64,000 nucleotides of DNA from the NCBI RefSeq assembly GCF_018350175.1, contig NC_058374.1, positions 48,794,001 through 48,858,000 on the forward strand. The letters are read 5' to 3'. The stretch is from Felis catus (Eukaryota). Under the pieces are notes generated by a model, which was not told where the DNA came from, searched no databases, and was given only the letters and a program-made list of their open reading frames with translations. Both the position numbers and the translations under genes were made by a program. Below, piece by piece: positions 1 to 10,596 of the stretch; within the stretch, counting starts at the first letter, position 1, and each line of letters starts with the position of its first letter.

Positions 1-92
1 AGAGCCTGACGCGGGGCTCGAATTCACGGACTGCGAGATCGTGACCTGGCTGAAGTCGGACGCTTAACTGACTGCGCCACCCAGGCGCCCCT
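1..92 (-). mobile_element. Can-SINE (SINEC_Fc-like), young; only the head-side part is in the window
   Basis: Ends in ...gcgccacccaggcgcccc, the reverse complement of the SINE head ggggcgcctgggtggcgc; CpG-rich. Confidence 0.95.
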
Positions 93-1030
93 ATTTCATT
101 GTCTTTAGAGCAGTGACAAATGACAGTACTGTTTAAGTTTCAGTTTCCATTTGTTCATTGTTAAATATAAATGCAACTGATTTTTTCTGCATTAACCTAG
201 TATGTTTCAACCTTGCTGAACTCACTTATTAATTATAGAATAGCTTTAAAATACAGATTCCTTAGGATTTTCTATGTAGATAGTCATGTCATCTGTAAAT
301 AGAAAGTTCTGTTTCTTTATTTCCAAGCTGTATGCTATCTATTTTTCTGATGCCTAATTGCATTGGCCAGAACTTTCAGTATCATGTTAAATAAGAATCA
401 TGAGGGGCGCCTGGGTGGCTCAGTCAGTTAAGCGGCCGACTTCAGCTCAGGTCATGATCTCGCGGTCCATGAGTTCAAGCCCCGCGTCAGGCTCTGTGCT
501 GACAGCTCAGAGCCTGGAGTCTGTTTCAGATTCTGTGTCTCCCTCTCTCTGACCCTTCCCCGTTCATGCTCTGTCTCTCTCTGTCTCAAATATAAGTAAA
601 TGTTAAAAAAAAAAATTAAAAAAAAAAAGAATCATGAAAGCAGACATTCTTGACTTGTTCCTGATCTTAGAGAAAAAGCATTCAGTCTTTCACAATTAAG
701 TATGAGGTTAACTGTAGGGGTTTTTTGGTAGATGTTCTTTATGAGTTCCTATTTCTAGTTTGCAGAGAGTTGTCATAAATGGGCACAGGGTTTTGCCAAA
801 TGCATTTTCTGTGTCAATTAATATGATCATATGATTTTTCTTCTTTAGCCTGTTGATACAGTGCATTATGTTAGTTGGGTTTTAAATAGTCTTGCATACA
901 TGGAATAAATCCACTTGATCATGGGGTGCTATTTTTATGTACTTCTGTATCTGATTTGATAATATTTTGTTAAGGATTTTTACATCTAAATTCATGAGAG
1001 AGATTGATCAGTATTTTTCCTTTTTGCTAT
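93..1030 (-). mobile_element. Old L1 (L1M-type) ORF2 fragment, interrupted by a SINE
   Basis: Typical antisense L1 ORF2 motifs (cttgttcctgatcttagagaaaaagcattcagtcttt, gatcatatgatttttcttctttag); similar to the L1 segment near 58400-59000. Confidence 0.8.
404..626 (+). mobile_element. Can-SINE with TSD
   Basis: Head ggggcgcctgggtggctcag, (CT)n, A-tail; TSD aagaatcatga at 393-403 and 627-637. Confidence 0.95.
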
Positions 1031-1419
1031 CTTAAGATTCGCACTGTTGGTCTGGAAAATGCATAATATGATGAGATATTAAGATATTAAGAGAAGGTAA
1101 CTTCTTCCTTCCCATTTAGGGTGTTCCTCTCTGGAGTCCACTATGTATTGATTAGAGATGGAATCTCAGACTAGAAAAATCCAAATGTGGAAGGAATCTG
1201 TCTCTGATGTCTGTCTTCCTACTCAAAGGTATTTTAAGAAACACTAAAGAAGGATTAGAGATTAGCACTTGTGTAAGGAGCTTATCGGACAGCTAAAATT
1301 TTAATCACTTTCTAATTACTTAGTACCTGCCCTTTGAGTCTTTTCCTGTATATGATTAATAATACTTTCCCATCTGTCAGAAAGTATCAAGAACCAAGGA
1401 TTATAGAGCTATGAAACAT

Positions 1420-1790
1420 AATTTTTTAAAAGTACTTTATGATGTTTAAGTTTTAAATTTGCATATAGCAAAACCCATTTTCTGTGGTGTGGACTTCTAT
1501 GGGTTTAGACAAATGCATAGACTTATAGATCCACCACTATAATCAAGATGCCAAATAACTTCATCACCCTGTAAAATCCCTTGCATCGTCCCTTTACATG
1601 CAGTCAGCTTCTCTCAACCCTTGGCAGCCACGAATTTGTTCTTCAACATTATTGTTTTGTCTTTTCTGAATGTCATTAATTAAATCAGACAGTATAGAGC
1701 CTTCCAGTTCTGGGTTCTTTCACTTAGTGAAATGTGCTTAATATTTATCTATGTTATTACATCTATCAATAATAATTCCTTTTCTTTTCC
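1420..1790 (-). mobile_element. Old L1 3' end fragment
   Basis: Antisense L1M 3'UTR motifs (ttttgacaaatgcata-like, cttctttcacttag-like). Confidence 0.65.
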
Positions 1791-2304
1791 AGCATGGTTC
1801 TTGTTGGTTTTATTCTTATGTCTTTGAAATCTTAGTGTCCAGCACAACCAAAGTTCGTCTAGAGAAATTTCTTGGTCATCAGTCAGCTTGCTTAGTGCCA
1901 TGTGACTCCATTACCTGAATGGTAAGATCTTGAGATAGGCAACCAATCAAAAGTCAGTCATCACTAACCTAGCCAATGACCAATGAAGTGATCTGGTAGA
2001 ATTGTTCTGTCTGACAGAGGCAGTGTGTATTTACTGCTGATAGGCCAGGCTCCTCAAATCCTCTAAGACTCAGTGGCAACAGGAGGAATAGTTAGAAAGA
2101 ACAGCCCCTTGGAACAGGGAACAATGGATACATTTCCTAAAGGTACAAAATGACCAGATCTTTAGAACTTCACAGAGTCTGGAACACTGTTTCATTCTCC
2201 ACCAGACCTTGCTGAATGTGGTTGAGGGTCCTATCTCCCACACTTCCCTTGTATCCCATACTATCTCTTTTTGTTGTTGTTCTTTTTTTCTAGATGTTCA
2301 AAAT

Positions 2305-2350
<46 letters not shown>
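2305..2350. repeat. (TTTC)n microsatellite
   Basis: Direct reading of the sequence. Confidence 0.95.
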
Positions 2351-2351
<1 letters not shown>

Positions 2352-2580
2352 CATTTATTTTAGTATAAGTCTTCTGGGGATAGATTGCCTTAGCCTTTCT
2401 TTATTATGATGTCTTTATTTCCTTTCATTCCTGAAGGATAAATTTCTGGACAGAGGTGACAGGTTTTTTTGTTTTTGTTTTTTGTGTTTTTTGGGGTCAG
2501 ATCTAGGAAAGTGTTGTGCTTCTTTCGTTTTGACCCATGGTTTCTGATGAGAAATCCTCTGTCATTCTATTTTTTTTCAC

Positions 2581-2783
2581 NNNNNNNNNNNNNNNNNNNN
2601 NNNNNNNNNNNNNNNNNNNNNNNNNNNNNNNNNNNNNNNNNNNNNNNNNNNNNNNNNNNNNNNNNNNNNNNNNNNNNNNNNNNNNNNNNNNNNNNNNNNN
2701 NNNNNNNNNNNNNNNNNNNNNNNNNNNNNNNNNNNNNNNNNNNNNNNNNNNNNNNNNNNNNNNNNNNNNNNNNNNNNNNNNNN
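2581..2783. other. Assembly gap or masked run (203 N)
   Basis: Run of N. Other runs: 8305-8436 (132), 20802-20929 (128), 21484-21632 (149), 22079-22207 (129). Confidence 1.
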
Positions 2784-3536
2784 TTTTGTCTTTAGTTTCT
2801 TGAAGTTTGATTATGATGTGCTTTGGCATACATTTCTTTGGGGTTATCTCATTGGGGTTTGCTAGCTTCTTGATTCCATAGACTTATGTCTTTCACCAGA
2901 TTTAGGGAATTTTTAGTCATTATTTCTTCAAGTACTTTTTTAGCCTTATCCTTTTCTCCTCTCCCAGAACTCTGAAGACAAGAATATTAGATCTTTTAGT
3001 TTCCCAGGTCCCAGGCTGTCCTCCTCCTCCACCTCCACCTCCCCTTTCCTCCTCTCTTTCTTCTTCTTCTTCTTTTCTGTTGTCAAGCCCATCCATTGAG
3101 TTTTTTTATGCTGGTTGTTTTATTTTTCAGTTGTAAATTTTCATTTTGTTCTTCTTTAGATACCTTGCTATTGCTGAATAGTGATGAAAATTAAGATTCC
3201 TCATTTGGCCTCCTCTGATACCATTCTGGTAGAAAGGAAGAGGGTGCCTCGTTATCACTGGTGGGAGATGAAAGTTTAATATCCCCATATGGCCTTCTCT
3301 GATACTACCCAGGTAGGGATGGGGTAGGATTACCTAATTATAGCTGGGCCAGGATGGAAGTCTCTTTACTCTGCTTGTGCTGAGGGGGTTGATGTTGGCC
3401 TTTTTTTCTTCCCATGATATTGGATTTGTTGATGTTGGATTTGTTTCCACGGCATCGAGATTTTGTTCTACTTATTTTCTGCCTTACTAGATTCTCTTTC
3501 CTGGTTATTTGTCTAGAGAGAGTAGGCTTTTTGTGA

Positions 3537-3538
<2 letters not shown>

Positions 3539-3571
<33 letters not shown>
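3539..3571. repeat. (AT)n microsatellite
   Basis: Direct reading of the sequence. Confidence 0.95.
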
Positions 3572-3576
<5 letters not shown>

Positions 3577-4039
3577 TTTTGTCTGCTCCTGTTTGTGTTT
3601 CCCTAGATGCTTCCCTTGCATCTAGGTCAGGATATACAAGGCAAAAAGAGAACTCAAAGAATTTGCTGCCACATTGTTCTTTGAGTCCCAAGTTGCCTAT
3701 TTGATCTATCTTCTTTTGAACGTTTAAAATATTCTTATGTTTGTTCCATATGTAATATCCAGGAGTTTTGCTGTACTTAGCAAGAGAAATGGAAAGAAGT
3801 ATATCTACCCCATTCTTGTCCAGAACTGGATACGATAGAAGCTTTTAAATCTTTAAAGCAATTTAAGATTTTTCTAATCATAAACCATCGAGAGCTATAT
3901 TAGAATCATTTTAGGAGAGTTTTTTCCAACTATAGACTTTACCTTGCCCCCCACATCCCACTCTTCACTCTCCATTCTCCTGGGTCTCCCTGGGAGGGAG
4001 AAGAGTCGTGGCACAACAGCCCTCGTCCTCCTTCTAACA

Positions 4040-4385
4040 TTGGGAAATCACTGGTTACAAATCCTGCTACTGATCAGTATGGTTTATCTCTCTCAGATGT
4101 TGTTGGGATGGCAGAAACTGAGAACCTTGGCACATTATGGAATATGACATATGAGGAAACTGAGACCTGAAGAGGTGGTGATCTTGTCACATAGCAGAGA
4201 TGTGGTAAAACGGGTCTGCACATGGGTCTATAATAGTACTTTTCAGACATTAATATGCAAACAAATCATCTTGATACCTTGTAACAATGCGGCTTCTGGT
4301 TCAGGCAGTCTGGAGCGGGGCCTGAGGTCCTGCATTTCTAACAAATGCCCAGGTGGTGTGCATGCCATTACACTTTGAGTAGCAA
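4040..4385. mobile_element. MIR fragment followed by MER5A-like hAT MITE
   Basis: MIR core motif gaggaaactgagacctgaagaggt; MER5A-like ggggcctgaggtcctgcatttctaacaa...cactttgagtagca. Confidence 0.7.
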
Positions 4386-5619
4386 CACTCGAGAACATTC
4401 AGCTTATTGTTCTATTCACCGCCTGTATGAATTGCAGTCCTTCAACAAAGAAACAGAGAATGGGTGAGGGTTTGACAGATAAGAATCTCAGTTTCCATGT
4501 GCCCAGTGTGTAAGAGTAGAGGAAGATCTCAATGGTAATGGAGACACAGAGGTGGGAGTGGAAAGACTCATCCAGACACCAAACACTCTGCCAGCTCTGT
4601 GAGGTGTCTGCTGCTTCAGAACTCCTCTAAGTTTGGTAAAGACCAGAGGAAAGCTCATCAAAATACCCTGTGAGCTGTTTAGCTGCCCCTTTAATCTGCT
4701 CGGGGCCCCTGGTTGAGAAGCTTTCCCTGCCCGAGAAGGATGAATTGACCTTCTTTCTCTATCATCTTACGGAGTGCAATTCTCTAACAAGTAATGATTT
4801 AGGGAAGGCACATCACAATCCGCTGGCAAGGTGTTAGAAAGACCAGCGACAGATACATCTTGGTCTATGTCTGCTTCGCTCTACTACAGTAGACAGATGG
4901 CTGAAATATGTAAGGTGTGCTCAGATTTTTTCTCCTGGATTCACTACTAACTTCGTCGGCAGTTTTGAATCAATCACTTTATTTCTCTATGCTAAGTATG
5001 TCAAAAGAGCCTGATGATATTAACATTAGGCTAAGATCTATACAAACTGATGTCCAAACTAACACCAGTGGTTCAATGTAATTGAAAGACTGAAGCCAAG
5101 TGTACCAATGAATTGAATTGCAGCCTGGGTCTTGCTCCTGAAGCCTTTGGGTACGAAGATCCAGCAATCATTTCAAATAAATGCCATCGGTTAGCAGTTA
5201 TTCTGTGTCTTTTTTGATTTGTGGTTCTGTCTTACTGAGGAAATATATACAGTACCTGTTAGGGAGAGATGCTGAATACTTTTCAGTGTCATGGCTCACA
5301 CAATCAGCATCCCAGTGTCCCCATGGGGTGTAGGGGGACACGATGGTTGACACTCTTCTTTCCAGTTATCTAGAGTCCCAGGAGAATTATGACACGATGT
5401 GCATATGTTGGGGATTGATTTATGATTGGGGATGTGTGTGTCAGGGAAAGGGCAGGAATGGGAGGATAACAAGGACTAACGGTGGGAATGGAGGAGGCAC
5501 AAACTGGAAATATACTCCTGGATATCAACACTTTGTGTGTGTGTTTGTGGATTCAATACCTATTTACTGACAGGAGAGAGCCCAAGTAAGTTTTGTGAGA
5601 GTATTCAATTGTCAGAAAA

Positions 5620-5750
5620 CTCCTAAGCCTGTCCCAGTCTCACCCCTTGTTCTTCCAACTTCTTTGCACCTGGGTTGGCTCTCTAAGCTCCTAACAGTGG
5701 GATTAAGAAGCATGTGGGTATTATAGGGAGATAAATCGGGGTGCAAAGAT
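5620..5750 (+). promoter_or_regulatory. PDE6H: Putative PDE6H proximal promoter with CRX/OTX2-type sites
   Basis: GGATTAAG at 5700-5707 (reverse complement CTTAATCC, canonical K50 homeodomain/CRX site); CTAAGCC 5623-5629 and CTAAGCT 5683-5689 (secondary CRX sites); TATA-like TATTATA at 5719 and GATAAA at 5730; lies just upstream of a consensus splice donor. Confidence 0.7.
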
Positions 5751-5811
5751 CCTTTATTCATCTCCTGTGAAGAAGGCCACTGGACAGTTTATGAGAGCAA
5801 CATTCAACTCT
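5750..5811 (+). other. PDE6H: Putative non-coding exon 1 of PDE6H (start approximate)
   Basis: Consensus donor GTGAGT at 5812-5817, followed by intronic G-runs; 4.6 kb upstream of the first coding exon. PDE6H is known to have an untranslated first exon. The TSS is inferred from the TATA-like boxes. Confidence 0.7.
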
Positions 5812-7899
5812 GTGAGTATTTCTCAACTTGTGGTGTTTAGGCAGATTATAACTGAAGGGCTTTTGGTGGGGGGGGCGGGGGTAGGGGTTGATCTGGCTCT
5901 AAAATAAAGAAATGGAAGAAGAGGACACACTGAACCTGTGGGCCTGGACTGGGGCCGGGAATGAAACTAGGAGAAAACATGAAAGAAATACACCCAAATA
6001 GCCTTATAATGTCATGTAGCAAGCTTATAAGTAAAACTTGATCGTTACAAGGTCATTGCAAAACTTGATTACTAAATTCATTTGGAAAGAACTCCAAACT
6101 GACCCTCCTTTTTTCTGTGGTTCCATGGCAAACAGTTTTCTGGGAAAGGAGGGATTTGGGGCACTAAATGACCACAGAGAAAACAGTATTTATTCCTAGG
6201 ATGTGCTTAAAAGGACCAAGGCACAAGACGGGGGACATGAGAGTGTGAGGATAAGGAGGAAGAAAGCCAAGAGCCAGCACAGGCATGACCTCGGTGCAGT
6301 GTGGGTGGCTTAGCCTTCTCTTTCTGAGGTCAAAGTGTTTGTTCCAGTCTGAAGGAAGGCACTTGTTGGATTTTTGTTTTTATCTTTTCGTGACTTTGGT
6401 TTGGGTCTTCCTTGGCTCTCCAAATTATTTGATTCTCTCTGCTTCAGCAGAATCCTTATGGGTTCAACCCCATCAGTGCAGAAAGAACACCCCTGCAACT
6501 ATCTCCTCCCCAACCCTTCTCTTGTAGCCCCTCAGCCTATATCTTTGCTGAAGAGAGACCGGAAGTCTGGGGTGATAGCAGCAGCATCAGAGATCCTTAC
6601 TCAAGAACCTTCTGAAACTGCTCTTCCTTAGCTGGAATTTATAAAAGATCATCCTCTGTAGCTTCCTACAGCTGAGCTCCATTGCCTTGGCTCTAAGGCG
6701 ACACCAACCCTGGTTTCCTACCAAACTGTGCCTTGATGTATTACCCTGCAGCATCCACTTCTTCCTGAAGAACAATGCTTCATAACCTTCAAAAGGAGAA
6801 GAGCTAGCATCACCTTAAAAATAGAAAGCCATTCTGCCTCACAAAGGAATGGATTGCTTGACATTTTGGGGAGGCAAAAATGTGAAACGTCCTTTTTAGG
6901 TAAAATCGAGTCTGACTCTAGATTCAGAATTATTTAGCCCGGGAGATATCTTTTAATTCCTAGGAAAGCATGGCCAGGATAAGTTTAGCTATAGTGATAT
7001 CTGTGGCAGACAATACTAACTTCCACCCAGGAAAGGGTCATATTTGTCTGCTCCTCCCAAAGGTTGAACAGGGAGAACTACAGGGCATATCTATGACAGA
7101 AACACTCTAGGGGTTAGTACTCAACCTATGTACTCCTATGTACTCAAAAATGAAATATCGTACATGAAATGCACACGAAACATAAACTTATTTTCCACAG
7201 TGCAAGCCCTGAGGGTTATCTTCATGATCCAGGGATTAACCAGGCAACTGTTATGTAACTCTTTCTGAAGAGAATTCTTTTACATAACGCATCACACCTA
7301 GCATAGACAGGAAGTCTGTGCAAGCCCAGAGGTGCAACTTCAAAATTATATGTGAAAACATGCAAAAGAAACTTATAAGAAAAAAGGGGAAGTATAATCA
7401 GGGAAAGATGGAAATCAAGTGTAATTTTTACGTTCTTTGGGACTGCTGTTAGGGATGTCAAAGGAATCCAAGGAAGGTTTAAGACAGAATTTCAAGACGA
7501 GGCATAAATTAATAGTCAGGGTTTTTGAGGGATGCAGAGGATTACCCAGCAAGTGCTGAATGACGGTCACCTCTCTGGTACATGACAGGGGATCTTCAGC
7601 AGTTGGCCCAGGAGAATGAGTGTAGGAGTGCAGGTGAAACTGTGTCATAATTATAGATTTACTTGCCTGGTTTCCACTACTTATAGAAGGTCTATTGCAT
7701 GGTTACTCTTTTTCTTATTTCTTATTTACTTTATGCCCTTTAATTTTCCCTGTAACTCTAAAAAAGAAGTTATATTTGATTGACTCTATAGATGGAATGA
7801 GGAGCAGAGAAGTTACGCAACTTATCCAAGGTCACATAGACAGTTTTGTGGAACAGGGATTTGAAACTATGTCTATTTGATTCTAAAACATATTCTCTG

Positions 7900-7925
7900 T
7901 TTTTTAAATTAATTTATTTAGTTTT

Positions 7926-7962
<37 letters not shown>

Positions 7963-8126
7963 CGCACAAGCAGGGGAGGGGCACAGAGGAGCGACAGAAT
8001 ACCAAGCAGACTCCACGCCATCAGGGCAGAGCCTGATGTGGGGCTTGAACCCATGAACTATGAGATCATGACCTGAGCCAAGATCAAGAGTAGGACTCTT
8101 AATCGACTGTGCCACCCAGGGACCCC
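7900..8126 (-). mobile_element. Can-SINE, antisense in PDE6H intron 1
   Basis: T-rich tail, (GA)n, ends ...gccacccagggacccc. Confidence 0.92.
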
Positions 8127-8236
8127 AAGCACATACCTTTTACATTGCACTGCCCTCAAAGTGTAATTTGACTGATTAGTTTACCTTAGGCCCTCATATT
8201 GTAGACTCTAGATCTCACATGGTGGGATCCTAATTA

Positions 8237-8436
8237 GACTTGCTAGATAAAATAAAATATTTCCAGTAAAATTAGAATTTCAGATAAACAATGAATAATT
8301 CTCTNNNNNNNNNNNNNNNNNNNNNNNNNNNNNNNNNNNNNNNNNNNNNNNNNNNNNNNNNNNNNNNNNNNNNNNNNNNNNNNNNNNNNNNNNNNNNNNN
8401 NNNNNNNNNNNNNNNNNNNNNNNNNNNNNNNNNNNN
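8237..8436. mobile_element. MER53-like palindromic hAT MITE; one arm visible, remainder under N
   Basis: agacttgctagataaaataaaatatttccagtaaaattagaatttcagataaacaatgaataatt resembles the recalled MER53 arm (agggttgccagataaaatacagg...gaatttcagataaacaacgaataatt); visible arm plus gap is about 200 bp, close to full element length. Confidence 0.65.
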
Positions 8437-9748
8437 TCTCCAGATGAGAGAAAGGAAAGTTTGTGGTATGTTAACATTTTGAAAGAATTGAGAAGTCACA
8501 AAAACTTGATCTGGGAGAAATTGTCTAGTTTTCCTCTATGACTTTGTCAGAGTTGGGATGTGTCAGTTAGCGGTGGTAAACTCTGACAATAATGTGTCTC
8601 TTGGCTGCCTACTAGCAAGTTACATGGTCCCAACCACATTCGGATGAGGCACAAACTTTGGCTGTTTACTAGGGCAGAAGAGGGACCATAGCACAAGGAC
8701 TGGATTCAGTGAGCAAAGGAGCTGGCAGCCTATTTCCAAAAGCCACTGAGAGCTTTGTGAGATGAAGGCCAAATGATGCCTTCTCTATGGTTTGATGGAG
8801 AAGTCACAGGGTCAGGATCTTGCAACCCAGTATCCCAAGTATTAGTTCAATTTTTTCACTTATTTATTCACCCACTCGACAAATATATATGGCACACCTG
8901 CTATGCTCCAGGCACTGTTGTAGGTTCTAAGGTCACAGAAATGAATGAAAACAAAAAAAAAAAAAACGGGCTTATGGAACACATTCCAGTGGGGAACTTA
9001 GATAAAATCCATGGCATAAGCAAGTGATCCAGAGCCCTAGCCAGGTGCACCACCCCTGGTACCCACTTACAGATTAGTCAACGTGTTTCTATTGAAGAAC
9101 TTGAGAATCAGCAGGAGAAAATGAAAATAGTAAGTGGGGAAAAGAAGATAAGGAAAAAATATCTTTTGGCAAAGATAGTAATTTAACCCTATTTGAAAGT
9201 AATCAGAAAAAGTTGATGAACTCAAAGTCATACAATATAAGATTTGAGGGATGGTCAGTGTGGCAGAAAAAGAGAAAGATGGTTAGCACGGGCCAAAGAG
9301 TGTCAGGGAGAGTTGAAGCTAATAATATTAGCATAAGTCTATAATTTACAGATTATATAAACCTTCCAGGTAGCAGAGTATGAGATGGTTTTGCTCAGAG
9401 TAAGTGATTAAGGCTACTGAGAAGTTGTTCAGCACTTTCTAGAATCTTCCTTCCGAGGATAGGTGTTACAACTTTTGTGATAGAAAAGAAGAAAGAAAAA
9501 AAAGTCATCCTTTGGCGTAGCATATGTATTTTTTAATTTTATCTTTTTAACACACCTCTATTTTTACTTGAAGAATGACAATGTACATTTCTGTAGCTAA
9601 AATCAAAGTCTGTGAAAGTCACATTGGATAAGTTCCATGATTTGGATAGAAGAAAATATTGGACATTTCAGAGAAATGGGTGACTTAAGAACCTCACGTC
9701 TGGATATGGAGCTAAAGCACAAATTTACTACTTAATCACCCTCCATTG

Positions 9749-9749
<1 letters not shown>

Positions 9750-9783
<34 letters not shown>
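9750..9783. repeat. (TG)n microsatellite in PDE6H intron 1
   Basis: Direct reading of the sequence. Confidence 0.95.
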
Positions 9784-9787
<4 letters not shown>

Positions 9788-9866
9788 CACGTGTGTACTG
9801 GAATGGATCGGATACTATGTGGGTGTTAGTATCCCTGGTGCAGAGCTTCCCCAAGTGCTATCCCCC

Positions 9867-9906
9867 AGAACTAGAGAAGTAGAGAAGTAGAGAACTAGAG
9901 AAGTAA
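9867..9906. repeat. Tandem 8-mer AGAA(C/G)TAG x5
   Basis: agaactag agaagtag agaagtag agaactag agaagtaa. Confidence 0.9.
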
Positions 9907-10462
9907 CTTGATCACACGAGGATTAGACAAAATAAGGATTATAAAGAAAGAAGCCCATAAAATGTGAGTCAATAAACATTCAGAGTCGGGTTATTTTGCA
10001 GTTGGGTGGAAAAATATAGAAAGTTTAAAGAACATACCAATGCTGTAAAGACTATAGTTAGCATTTAGTCCATTTCCTTGTCTTTACAGATGGTGGAACT
10101 GGTAATCACGGAGAAGTATATATTATAATAAACCAGAAAACTAGTGACACATTGAAAGCTAGGGACAATTTATTGAAACAACATGTCTATTTAGATTTTG
10201 GGGGATTATTTTAGATTAAAATAGACTTTTCATCTATTCATTGTCAGTCTATGTTAAGTGCCTCCATTGATATTTTCTTGAAAATCTCTTTAAAAGATGA
10301 TAAATTCTTCCCTTTTATGTCAACACAAAATCCTAAGTTTTTCTGGAGTGTCCAATGAGGGTTTAAGAAGCAATGGTTCCTGTACCCTGAAGGGCTTTCT
10401 TTTTTTTCTCTCACTGCCTAAGGAGCAAGAAAGAGAACAACCAGACACCCAAGGACATCAGA

Positions 10463-10596
10463 ATGAGTGACAACACTGCTTTGGCTCCTCCAGCTTCAAA
10501 CCAGGGTCCCACTACCCCACGCAAAGGGCCCCCCAAGTTCAAGCAGAGGCAGACTCGCCAATTCAAGAGCAAACCTCCTAAGAAAGGGGTGAAAGG
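10463..10596 (+). CDS. PDE6H: PDE6H first coding exon (exon 2; exon starts at 10423 with 40 nt of 5'UTR)
   Basis: Translates [44 protein letters not shown]+GG (134 nt). Polypyrimidine tract and AG at 10421-10422; donor GTAAGA at 10597. The N-terminus matches the cone (PDE6H) rather than the rod (PDE6G) gamma subunit. Confidence 0.98.

Larger units (their letters stand above)
2330..3830 (-). mobile_element. Old L1 ORF1-region fragment containing an N gap
   Basis: ORF 2503..2829(-) reads PKHIIIKLQETKDK...RMTEDFSSETM, matching the L1 ORF1p C-terminal motifs PRHIIIK and DFSxET. Confidence 0.8.

Noticed and set aside
8544-8589. Perfect 11-bp inverted repeat (ttgtcagagtt/aactctgacaa) with a 24-nt loop
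   Set aside because: A rough estimate gives about one such stem by chance in 64 kb.
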